Source of the DNA: Candidatus Saccharimonadota bacterium
GTDB lineage: Bacteria; Patescibacteriota; Saccharimonadia; Saccharimonadales; UBA4665
Length of the DNA: 32,000 nucleotides
Assembly (NCBI GenBank): GCA_963716945.1
Contig: OY970322.1
Location: 870,001-902,000 of the forward strand
Direction of reading: 5' to 3'
Shown: piece by piece, positions 9,254 through 16,109 of the stretch
How the letters are laid out: every line of letters starts with the position of its first letter
How positions within the stretch are numbered: the stretch's first letter is position 1
The notes under the pieces: model-generated
The model's database searches: none
What the model was told of the DNA's origin: nothing
What the model saw: only the letters and a program-made list of their open reading frames with translations
Translations under genes and position numbers: made by a program

Positions 9254-10381
9254 TCAAGAAACCGGTTGGCTTTTGACCTGTTCCCACGGCAGATCGGCTT
9301 TGCCGAAGTGGCCGTAGGCCGAGGTTTGGCTGTATATCGGGCGGCTCAAGTCAAGGGTATCGCAAATGCCCTTGACCGACGTGTCGATCAGTTTGTCCTT
9401 GAAAGCGTGCAGTTCTTCTTCACTGACGGTGGCGGTTCCAAAGGTATCAATGGTCTGCATTAGCGGCCGGGGCTGGCCGATAACGTAAGCCAGGCCGACT
9501 TCGCATTTGGTCGCCAGGCCGGCAGCGACGATGTTTTTGGCGATGTAGCGGGCGGCGTAGGCACCGCTGCGGTCGACTTTGCTGGGATCTTTGCCGCTGA
9601 ATGCGCCGCCGCCGACGCGGGCATAGCCGCCGTAGGTGTCGACGACGATTTTGCGGCCGGTCAGGCCGGCGTCGCTCTCCGGGCCGGGAATGTGCCACAG
9701 GCCGGTGCCGTTAATCGTGATATTGCCGTCTGCCGGCAGCTCGAATTTGTAGTGTTCGAGGACCGGTTTGATGATGTGTTCAATGGCGTCGGCGCGGACC
9801 TGTTCGGCAGTAGTTTGCTCGTCATGGGCCAGGGCCAGCACCAGCTTAGCGATTTCGACCGGCTTGCCGTCTTCGTAGCGCACGGTTACCTGGGCTTTGC
9901 CGTCGGGGCGGAGCCAGGCCAGCTCTTTGGACTGGCGGGCCTCGTCGACGCGGCGGGCCAGTGCGTGGGCCATGGCGATCGGCAGCGGCATCAGTTCGGG
10001 CGTTTCCTGGCAGGCGTAGCCGAACATCATACCCTGGTCACCGGCACCGTCCTGGTCGACGCCCATGGCGATTTCCGGCGATTGCTGGTGGATGTCGTTG
10101 CTGAATTCGGATTCCGGGCCGAAACCCCAGTCGGGATTGTCATAACCGAGCTCCTTGACCTTGTCGCGGACGATTTTCTCGAAGTTGAGGTTGGCCTTGG
10201 TCTTGATCTCGCCGAACAGGGCGATTTTGTTGGCACCGGCGACGGTCTCAATACCGGTACGGCTGTGGGGATCCTGTGCAAGCGCGGCGTCAAGGATGGC
10301 GTCGCTGATGGCGTCACAAATTTTGTCCGGGTGGCCGGCACAAACTGATTCGCTGGTAAAGTACTGGATCACACTGGGCAT
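9254..10381 (-). CDS. metK: S-adenosylmethionine synthetase
   Basis: 375 aa. The N-terminal SESVCAGHPDKICDAISDAILDA and the GGGAFSGKD loop are hallmark MetK motifs. Confidence 0.96.
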   Translation of the reverse strand: MPSVIQYFTSESVCAGHPDKICDAISDAILDAALAQDPHSRTGIETVAGANKIALFGEIKTKANLNFEKIVRDKVKELGYDNPDWGFGPESEFSNDIHQQSPEIAMGVDQDGAGDQGMMFGYACQETPELMPLPIAMAHALARRVDEARQSKELAWLRPDGKAQVTVRYEDGKPVEIAKLVLALAHDEQTTAEQVRADAIEHIIKPVLEHYKFELPADGNITINGTGLWHIPGPESDAGLTGRKIVVDTYGGYARVGGGAFSGKDPSKVDRSGAYAARYIAKNIVAAGLATKCEVGLAYVIGQPRPLMQTIDTFGTATVSEEELHAFKDKLIDTSVKGICDTLDLSRPIYSQTSAYGHFGKADLPWEQVKSQPVS

Positions 10382-10524
10382 AAAAATATCCTTCCCCCGG
10401 CTGCCGGGAAAGGATATTCAACGCGTAATATCTTTCCCTGGTGCGGGACTAGATGGAGCACCAACACCTTTTGACAGGCAGGTTGCCGGCAGGTCGTCAA
10501 GCTAGATCTCTCGCTGCACTCTTT
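10382..10524 (-). promoter_or_regulatory. candidate SAM riboswitch (SAM-I clan, SAM-IV or SAM-I/IV-like) with an SD-sequestering expression platform
   Basis: The minus-strand leader of metK contains GAGUGCAGCG, GCCGGCAACC (rc of 10481..10490) and AAGGUGUUGGUGCUCC (rc of 10455..10470). It is followed by three mutually exclusive pairing segments at 10427..10438, 10406..10418 and 10385..10398, and the last one contains the SD. Confidence 0.55.
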
Positions 10525-10570
10525 ATACTTATGAATTGTTAATGCACATATTGTAACATGGCCTGATTTG

Positions 10571-10688
10571 GCCGAAAGCCATAAAGTTTTCCAACCGTAG
10601 GGGTTGCAAGTGCAGTCCTGGCCGAATCTGCGTGGGCAGATTCGCCAAGACAAACGCCTGGAGGGCGGAAAACTTTATGGCTTTCGGC
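10571..10688. repeat. 118-nt structured element closed by perfect 22-bp inverted repeats
   Basis: 10571..10592 (GCCGAAAGCCATAAAGTTTTCC) is the exact reverse complement of 10667..10688. Nested inside are a 9-bp hairpin (10623..10631 / 10636..10644, loop GTGG) and a 5-bp hairpin (10592..10596 / 10601..10605). Confidence 0.8.
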
Positions 10689-10700
10689 TCCGGTGGCCGG

Positions 10701-11726
10701 CTAGTAAGGGCGGTCCTTTTCGAAATCTTCGGACCACTTGCCTTCGGCGGCCAGCGAGTTGGCTTTGCCGCGGTGGAGGTAGGCGGCGAGGGCTTTGTCC
10801 TGCTCGCCGGCAGCCCACAGTTTGAGGACCGGGTTCTGGATGGCGCGGCTGTAGGAGAAGGTCAATGTCCACGGCAGATCGCCGAGCTTGTTCATGGCGT
10901 CCAGGTGGGCGGTGGCTTCTTCGTCGCCTTGGCCGCCGGACAGGAAAACGATGCCGCCGATGTTGGCCGGTACGTGTTCTTTGAGGCACTTAACGGTTTG
11001 CTCGGCGACGGTCCGGACGTCGGCCCGGTCGGGCGCGTCTTTGCCGGAAATGACCATGCTGGCCTTCAGGATCACGCCTTCCATCAGGACATCCTGGTTC
11101 TTGAGGGCGGCGAAGAGGATGTCGAGCGTCTGGGCGGTAACTTCGTAACACCGTTCGATCGAGTGGTTACCGTCGAGTAGAACTTCCGGCTCGACTACCG
11201 GCACGATGCCGGCCTCTTGGGCCAGGCCGGCGTAAAGCGCCAAGCTGTGGGCGTTAGCCTTGTAGCAGGCCACGCTCGGCAGCGTGTCGCCGTCAATCGT
11301 AATCACCGCCCGCCATTTGGCGAAACCGGCGCCCATTGAGGCGTATTCGGCGAAACGCTCGCGCAGGCCGTCGAGCCCCTCGGTGAATTTTTCGCCGGGG
11401 TGCAGCGCCAAGTCCTTGGCACCCATGTCGACCTTAATGCCGGGAACGATGCCCTTCTGCTTGAGCACGTCGGCGAAAGGCGTGCCGGCGTCGTCCTTCT
11501 GCCTGATGGTTTCGTCATATAATATGACGCCGCTGAGGAAGTCCTCAACGCCGTCGGAGGTCAGTAATAATTGCCGGTATAGCCGGCGGTTTTCTTCGGT
11601 GTTCTCAACGCCGACGGCATCGAAACGCTTGGCCGCCGTGGCGCTGCTTTCGTCAGCCGCCAGCAGGCCTTTGCCCGGTGCCAGCATGGCCTTAACGGTT
11701 GCTTTGAGTTGGTCTTCGTATTTCAT
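10701..11726 (-). CDS. fba: fructose-bisphosphate aldolase, class I
   Basis: 341 aa. The GKGLLAADES motif and the Schiff-base lysine region EGVILKASMV match class I (Schiff-base) aldolases. SD AAGGAG lies 5 nt upstream, inside the 3' end of fbp. Confidence 0.92.
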   Translation of the reverse strand: MKYEDQLKATVKAMLAPGKGLLAADESSATAAKRFDAVGVENTEENRRLYRQLLLTSDGVEDFLSGVILYDETIRQKDDAGTPFADVLKQKGIVPGIKVDMGAKDLALHPGEKFTEGLDGLRERFAEYASMGAGFAKWRAVITIDGDTLPSVACYKANAHSLALYAGLAQEAGIVPVVEPEVLLDGNHSIERCYEVTAQTLDILFAALKNQDVLMEGVILKASMVISGKDAPDRADVRTVAEQTVKCLKEHVPANIGGIVFLSGGQGDEEATAHLDAMNKLGDLPWTLTFSYSRAIQNPVLKLWAAGEQDKALAAYLHRGKANSLAAEGKWSEDFEKDRPY

Positions 11727-12688
11727 GGCTTCTCCTTAACTATTTGTTTATTACCTATAGCAAGCGCTACGCGTTCATGCAGTTGTCGGGGAACAATATC
11801 AAGAATATCACTATTAGGCGATACGGCCGCGCCGCCGGCCTGTTCGGCCAGGAAGGCCATCGGTTTGGCTTCGTAATTAAGCCTCAGTTTGGGTTTGAAG
11901 TCTTGCCGGCCGGAAGTATCGACTGCCGGATAAATAAGAACCCCGCCTTTAATCATATTACGATGGAAGTCAGCCACCAGCGAACCTATCCAACGCTGTT
12001 TGCCGGCCTGCCGCCGGATTTTTGCCAGCAGCGCCTTGTCTTCGTCCGAAACGTAATCGGCATAAGCTTCGTTGAAGCTGTAATAAGGGCAGTCGGCGGG
12101 GATTTGAAGCCGTTCCTGGCTAAGCAGGAACTCGCCCAAATCGACGTCCAGCGTGAAAGCGTGCACGCCGTCGCCCCAGCTAAAAACCAGCATCGTGCTT
12201 GAACCGTACAAAATATAGCCGGCCAGCACCTGGTCGCGCCCGGGCTGGAAGAATTGCTTCTCGTCGCCGGCCTCGACACCGGCCAACTTCTTATGGACCG
12301 AGAAGATCGTGCCGATACCGACATTGACGTCGATGTTGCTGCTGCCGTCCAGCGGGTCGAAGGCTATGACGTAGTTGGCCTCCGGGTTATGGAGGTCGAC
12401 GACCGTTTCTTCTTCTTCGCTGGCCAGGGCCGCGAACAGCCCGGTTTGGCTCAAGTATTCCTTGCACAGGTCGTTGGTATAGATATCAAGCTTGGCCTGG
12501 GTCTCGTCCTGGACGTTGGTACTGCCGGCCGAACCGATAATATCGGTCAGCCCCGCGCGGTTGGTCCTGGCCGAAATCAACTTGCCGATGGTCGCGATGT
12601 CGGCCATCATCATGACGAGCTCATAGCGCTCCGGGTGGTCCTTGAGTTGTCCGAGAAGATATTGCTGAAGGGTTTTCGGCACGGTCAT
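11723..12688 (-). CDS. fbp: fructose-1,6-bisphosphatase, class I
   Basis: 321 aa. The metal-site motif DPLDGSSNID and the overall FBPase pattern are present. ATGA overlaps the fba start. Confidence 0.92.
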   Translation of the reverse strand: MTVPKTLQQYLLGQLKDHPERYELVMMMADIATIGKLISARTNRAGLTDIIGSAGSTNVQDETQAKLDIYTNDLCKEYLSQTGLFAALASEEEETVVDLHNPEANYVIAFDPLDGSSNIDVNVGIGTIFSVHKKLAGVEAGDEKQFFQPGRDQVLAGYILYGSSTMLVFSWGDGVHAFTLDVDLGEFLLSQERLQIPADCPYYSFNEAYADYVSDEDKALLAKIRRQAGKQRWIGSLVADFHRNMIKGGVLIYPAVDTSGRQDFKPKLRLNYEAKPMAFLAEQAGGAAVSPNSDILDIVPRQLHERVALAIGNKQIVKEKP

Positions 12689-12696
12689 GTCTTATT

Positions 12697-12702
12697 ATTA
12701 TA
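12697..12702 (-). promoter_or_regulatory. -10 box TATAAT, 8 nt before the fbp ATG
   Basis: Minus strand reads GGCATATAAT-AATAAGAC-ATG. No Shine-Dalgarno sequence is present. Confidence 0.4.
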
Positions 12703-12740
12703 TGCCACCGCCGGAAGCGCCCCAAAACAATCTTCAGCCC

Positions 12741-12769
12741 TAGCCTAAGCGGCACTTTTTGGGTATAAT
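12741..12769 (+). promoter_or_regulatory. promoter TAGCCT-17nt-TATAAT for tRNA-Gln
   Basis: TATAAT at 12764..12769 lies 12 nt before the mature tRNA 5' end. The -35-like TAGCCT resembles the TAGCCA upstream of the typA -10 box. Confidence 0.45.
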
Positions 12770-12781
12770 CAACCCCTGTAC

Positions 12782-12855
12782 TGGGGATTGGCCAAGCGGT
12801 AAGGCACTGGGTTCTGGTCCCAGGATCGGGGGTTCGAATCCCTCATCCCCAGCCA
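12782..12855 (+). tRNA. tRNA-Gln (anticodon CUG), CCA encoded
   Basis: A 74-nt cloverleaf can be drawn by hand. Acceptor stem TGGGGAT/ATCCCCA, D stem GCC/GGC, anticodon stem CTGGG/CCCAG with loop TTCTGGT, T arm GGGGG-TTCGAAT-CCCTC, discriminator G, then CCA. It is close to E. coli tRNA-Gln. Confidence 0.93.
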
Positions 12856-12885
12856 ATTCTGGTAACATACAACCACAGCAACTTC

Positions 12886-14187
12886 TTAGGCTAAACTAGC
12901 CATTTTTTCGAGCTTGTTTTTCGAGAATGATTTTCCATCTAGCATAACTATTGAAATACTTTTAACGTTTCCAATGTGTTCCAAGGGGTTTTTGCTTAGT
13001 ACTATTAAGTTGGCCACTTTGCCATCAGCTATAGACCCCAAGTCAGCGTAAACCCCTAGCCAATGGGCTGCGTTCACTGTGGCAGCCTGTAATGCCTCAA
13101 AATTGCTTAGTCCTGACTCTACTAACAGCTCCAGCTCCTTGGCCAAAGAAAATCCAGGGACAACGAATGGGTTGGGTGTGTCTGTGCCGGCCAGCATTGT
13201 TGCTCCATCTTTAATTATTTTTAGAGCAGGCCTAGCTCCATTATATATAACGCTGAAGTTTTTAAACCACAATGGTTTGACGCCTTTTATATTAGTCGCA
13301 GCATTTTTACTATCTGGATTCCATTCCTCTTTTATGTAGTGAGGTTCTACGTATTTAGCGTCTGTTTCCTTTACTAAAGATTTATAATCCGCCAGGCTAG
13401 AGATTTGCCTGTCCACTATGAGTGTGGGGCAAAAGTAAGCATTGTTAGACTTAAATGCTTCTGTCAGCTTTCTTAGTTCTTTATCTTTAATTTTATAGTT
13501 GGTAAACCTGCTCCACCCCTCATAACCTGTTTCATTCGCATCTTCATAGTCAATTTGACCTATGTAGCCAGTTATTGAAGATAGATGCTCAATGCCATCC
13601 TGACCAACATTGAGAGCTTGTAAGGCAGTCATCTCTTGAGGAACATGTCCAGTCACTTGCATGCCTAGCTTGTGTGCTTCATCAATAATAACTTTGTGAA
13701 GTTCTGGGCTTAAAGTGTGATAAATCTTAACTTGGTCTGCGCCTTTGGCTTTTAGTTCTTTAACAGCTTCTACGGCTTGGGCTTTGGATTTTACGACACT
13801 AAATCCTTCCCAAAACGGGGGATCGCCCTCTAGTATCTTGCCAGAAACGAAAAGCCTTGGGCCTGTAACCTTACCTGAGTTTATATTGTCCTTTAGTCTA
13901 AAGATATCGTCGTCAACATTGCCCAAGTCACGAACAGCTGTGATACCGTTGAGTAAAAAGAGCTTTAGGAAACGCTCTTCATTTACATGTGCGTGCATAT
14001 CAAACAAGCCAGGCATAAGATATTTGTCCGTGCCATCAATTTCGTCGTTGACAACAACTTTTAATGACCCACTTGGCACAATCTTTTTAATACGTTTACC
14101 CTCAATGAGGACATCTTGCTTAACAAGCAGCTGCTCATCGGCCATTGTAATAACGTTGATATTTTTAATTAGGGTCTTGGTTGGCAT
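12886..14187 (-). CDS. amidohydrolase-family metal-dependent hydrolase
   Basis: 433 aa. The N-terminal beta-sandwich is followed by PGLFDMHAHV (HxH metal motif). Later H and D residues are spaced as in amidohydrolase (TIM-barrel) enzymes. Codon usage is AT-rich. Confidence 0.85.
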   Translation of the reverse strand: MPTKTLIKNINVITMADEQLLVKQDVLIEGKRIKKIVPSGSLKVVVNDEIDGTDKYLMPGLFDMHAHVNEERFLKLFLLNGITAVRDLGNVDDDIFRLKDNINSGKVTGPRLFVSGKILEGDPPFWEGFSVVKSKAQAVEAVKELKAKGADQVKIYHTLSPELHKVIIDEAHKLGMQVTGHVPQEMTALQALNVGQDGIEHLSSITGYIGQIDYEDANETGYEGWSRFTNYKIKDKELRKLTEAFKSNNAYFCPTLIVDRQISSLADYKSLVKETDAKYVEPHYIKEEWNPDSKNAATNIKGVKPLWFKNFSVIYNGARPALKIIKDGATMLAGTDTPNPFVVPGFSLAKELELLVESGLSNFEALQAATVNAAHWLGVYADLGSIADGKVANLIVLSKNPLEHIGNVKSISIVMLDGKSFSKNKLEKMASLA

Positions 14188-14193
14188 ACAGAC

Positions 14194-14199
14194 ATTATA
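14194..14199 (-). promoter_or_regulatory. -10 box TATAAT, 6 nt before the amidohydrolase ATG
   Basis: Minus strand reads TACTATAAT-GTCTGT-ATG. Confidence 0.4.
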
Positions 14200-14362
14200 G
14201 TATTTATAATTATTTTTAGAGCCTTATGCCAGCAGAGTTTTCACTCTCGTCATCGACTCAGGGTCAATAGCAAGAGTCAAAGTTCGAAAACCGGACCATA
14301 GTCCCGGCCATGATTTCCCTGGTCTGTTGGTAGCTAATCAGCCATAATGAACTTATGACTTT

Positions 14363-14371
14363 TGTTACTAT
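14363..14371 (+). promoter_or_regulatory. extended -10 promoter (TGtTACTAT), 6 nt before the ATG at 14378
   Basis: Sequence reads TGTTACTAT-TTATGT-ATG. Confidence 0.4.
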
Positions 14372-14377
14372 TTATGT

Positions 14378-14776
14378 ATGAATTGGCAAAAAGTAGACAA
14401 TGCAATAAAGCAACTTAAATCTAAAATTACAGAAAAGCCAGATATTATTATAGGTATTGTACGTGGTGGATTAATTCCGGCCCGCCTATTGGCAAAGTGC
14501 TTAGATGTTAATGAAATGTACGCACTCACTGTCAAAAAAATTGGTGACGAGAGAGTTGTTACAAGTGAAATAAACGAAGACATAAACGGCAGAAGTATTT
14601 TACTAGTTGAGGATGTTTTGGAAACAGGCACAAGCATAATAGTGGCCATGGAGTATTTAAAGTCAAAAGGGGCAAACGTAAAAACTGCGTCCATATATTA
14701 TCAGCCGAAAACACAGATAATGCCCGACTACTACGTATCAGAAAAAGACGGCGTGCCCACTTTCCCGTGGGATTGA
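14378..14776 (+). CDS. phosphoribosyltransferase (purine/xanthine PRT-like)
   Basis: 132 aa. The PRPP-binding motif ILLVEDVLETGTS and the N-terminal IIIGIVRGGLIPA loop are present. Composition is AT-rich. Confidence 0.85.
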   Translation: MNWQKVDNAIKQLKSKITEKPDIIIGIVRGGLIPARLLAKCLDVNEMYALTVKKIGDERVVTSEINEDINGRSILLVEDVLETGTSIIVAMEYLKSKGANVKTASIYYQPKTQIMPDYYVSEKDGVPTFPWD

Positions 14777-14889
14777 AAAATTAATGATCAAGGTTCTACA
14801 CTGAGCCACCACTCTCAGCCATGAGCATAAATTTTACAGGTTAAGCGGTACGTATTTGTGTTTGAGCGGCCGGGCGTTTAAATTTGGCG

Positions 14890-14895
14890 TAGAAT
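14890..14895 (+). promoter_or_regulatory. -10 box TAGAAT, 6 nt before the ATG at 14902
   Basis: Sequence reads TAGAAT-GGTTTT-ATG. Confidence 0.4.
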
Positions 14896-14901
14896 GGTTT
14901 T

Positions 14902-15492
14902 ATGGCTTCAGTGTTTGGCGCGCTTATTTTACTGTTTATCGCTATCAGTACGGGCTGCTTGGTCTATCTGCACTTCCTGCCAACCGGACTCCATCCGTTG
15001 CGTAACGCCGTAAGCGAATACGGCGCGGGCCGGTTCCATTTCTGGTACCAGGCCATGTGCGTCAACCAGGCTATTGCCGCTTTTTTGGCGGCCGCGGCCC
15101 TCGCGACCCGGGTCACGCCGGCCCCTTTTGCGACGGACATGGCCCTGATTGTTTTGGGGCTGGCGCGTCTGGTAATCTCGCAAGCGCCGGTCGTTGTAGT
15201 CCACGGTAAACGTACAACCGCCAGCGGCATACACTTACTAATGGCCGGACTCATCTTTGGCTCAGCTGTTGTAGCTTCGACGTCTTTTGACAGAGCCATA
15301 GCCGGGCACGCCGATTGGGCCAGCGTACTTAGCGCTTTGCACTTATTCAAGCACGCGATAGCGTTCTTTGCGCTACTTACGTTGTTAGCGGTCGTCGTGC
15401 CGCGTGGTTTGCGTTATGTCGGCACGGTCGAACGGCTGCTTTATGCATCGATAATCGGCTGGTTCGTGACCGTCGGCATACATCTGCTTTGA
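14902..15492 (+). CDS. integral membrane protein, DUF998-like
   Basis: 196 aa with about 6 TM segments. The pattern LHFLPTGLHPLRNAVSEYGAG resembles DUF998. This is judged from memory only. Confidence 0.55.
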   Translation: MASVFGALILLFIAISTGCLVYLHFLPTGLHPLRNAVSEYGAGRFHFWYQAMCVNQAIAAFLAAAALATRVTPAPFATDMALIVLGLARLVISQAPVVVVHGKRTTASGIHLLMAGLIFGSAVVASTSFDRAIAGHADWASVLSALHLFKHAIAFFALLTLLAVVVPRGLRYVGTVERLLYASIIGWFVTVGIHLL

Positions 15493-15575
15493 CCAACGGT
15501 AAAATCACTTTATTATCACAAACTTCCAAAGGGGCGTATAATGCCACTACCAGCAAGCTTAACTTAGGAGAGCTT

Positions 15576-16079
15576 ATGCGGAAGTATTGGATTATCTTGA
15601 TAGCGTTAGTGGTTATTGTGGGCGGCGGTTGTGCCATCTGGTGGCTTGCCAGCGGCCAAAATACCAATAATAATTCTAATAGCACCTCAGCCTCGGTTGC
15701 CATAGAAACGTCGACCAAAAACCAAATCAAAGCCAACTGGGTCAAATTCTTCGCCGGCACGACCTCTGCCCAGGACAAAATCAACCTGCTGCAGAACGGC
15801 CAGCAGTTCGCTCAAGTCATTCAGGCTCAAGCACAGTCGGCGACGGCTAAGGCGACAACCGCGACGGTTTCCAATGTGAGCCTTAACGGCAACACGGCGA
15901 CTGTTATATACACCATTGATATCAACAAGCAGCCGGCGCTCAGTAACCAAAAGGGTCAAGCTGTCGATGTGAAGGGTGCCTGGAAGGTAGGTGACGCGGC
16001 CTTTTGCGGCTTACTTCAACTGTCCGGCAGCCTGCCGCCGAATTGCCCGGCTACCAGCAGCAACCCGTCGTCCCAATAG
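15576..16079 (+). CDS. membrane-anchored hypothetical protein
   Basis: The ATG at 15576 is preceded by SD AGGAG at 15566..15570. The ORF-track start at 15489 is a TTG overlapping the upstream stop. The N-terminal TM segment MRKYWIILIALVVIVGGG is followed by an N/S-rich linker and a small globular domain. Confidence 0.6.
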   Translation: MRKYWIILIALVVIVGGGCAIWWLASGQNTNNNSNSTSASVAIETSTKNQIKANWVKFFAGTTSAQDKINLLQNGQQFAQVIQAQAQSATAKATTATVSNVSLNGNTATVIYTIDINKQPALSNQKGQAVDVKGAWKVGDAAFCGLLQLSGSLPPNCPATSSNPSSQ

Positions 16080-16109
16080 CACCAAACCTAACTCTGAAGG
16101 AGGGTTGTC

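Larger units (their letters stand above)
12856..14823. other. low-GC island abutting the 3' end of tRNA-Gln
   Basis: Hand-counted 60-nt lines inside the island give about 30-45% GC, against about 60-63% in flanking genes. The change begins at the first base after the tRNA. The island holds two genes and no integrase. Confidence 0.55.

Noticed and set aside
10369-10653. 94-aa minus-strand ORF spanning the metK leader and part of the inverted-repeat element. A 73-aa plus-strand ORF lies at 10604..10825.
   Set aside because: They overlap the riboswitch-like leader, the 22-bp stem element and the fba 3' end. Neither has an SD or promoter, and the region is better explained as structured RNA.
10571-10688. 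I considered whether the stem-enclosed element is the small SRP (4.5S) RNA or a 6S RNA.
   Set aside because: The central hairpin is a perfect stem with a GUGG loop. It lacks the GGAA tetraloop and the symmetric and asymmetric internal loops (AGCA/GGA) of SRP domain IV. It is too short, and lacks the central bubble, for 6S RNA. This is judged by eye only.
13745-14200. 151-aa plus-strand ORF, plus the ORFs at 13079..13339 and 14368..14694, inside the island genes.
   Set aside because: They are antisense to the amidohydrolase and PRT genes, which have clear motifs. Their Ser/Leu/Thr-rich translations are typical of AT-rich off-frames.
15489-15575. ORF-track start (TTG at 15489) for the 196-aa protein, overlapping the upstream stop.
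   Set aside because: The ATG at 15576 has a well-spaced AGGAG and begins directly with a signal-anchor sequence. The upstream 29 codons have no such support.
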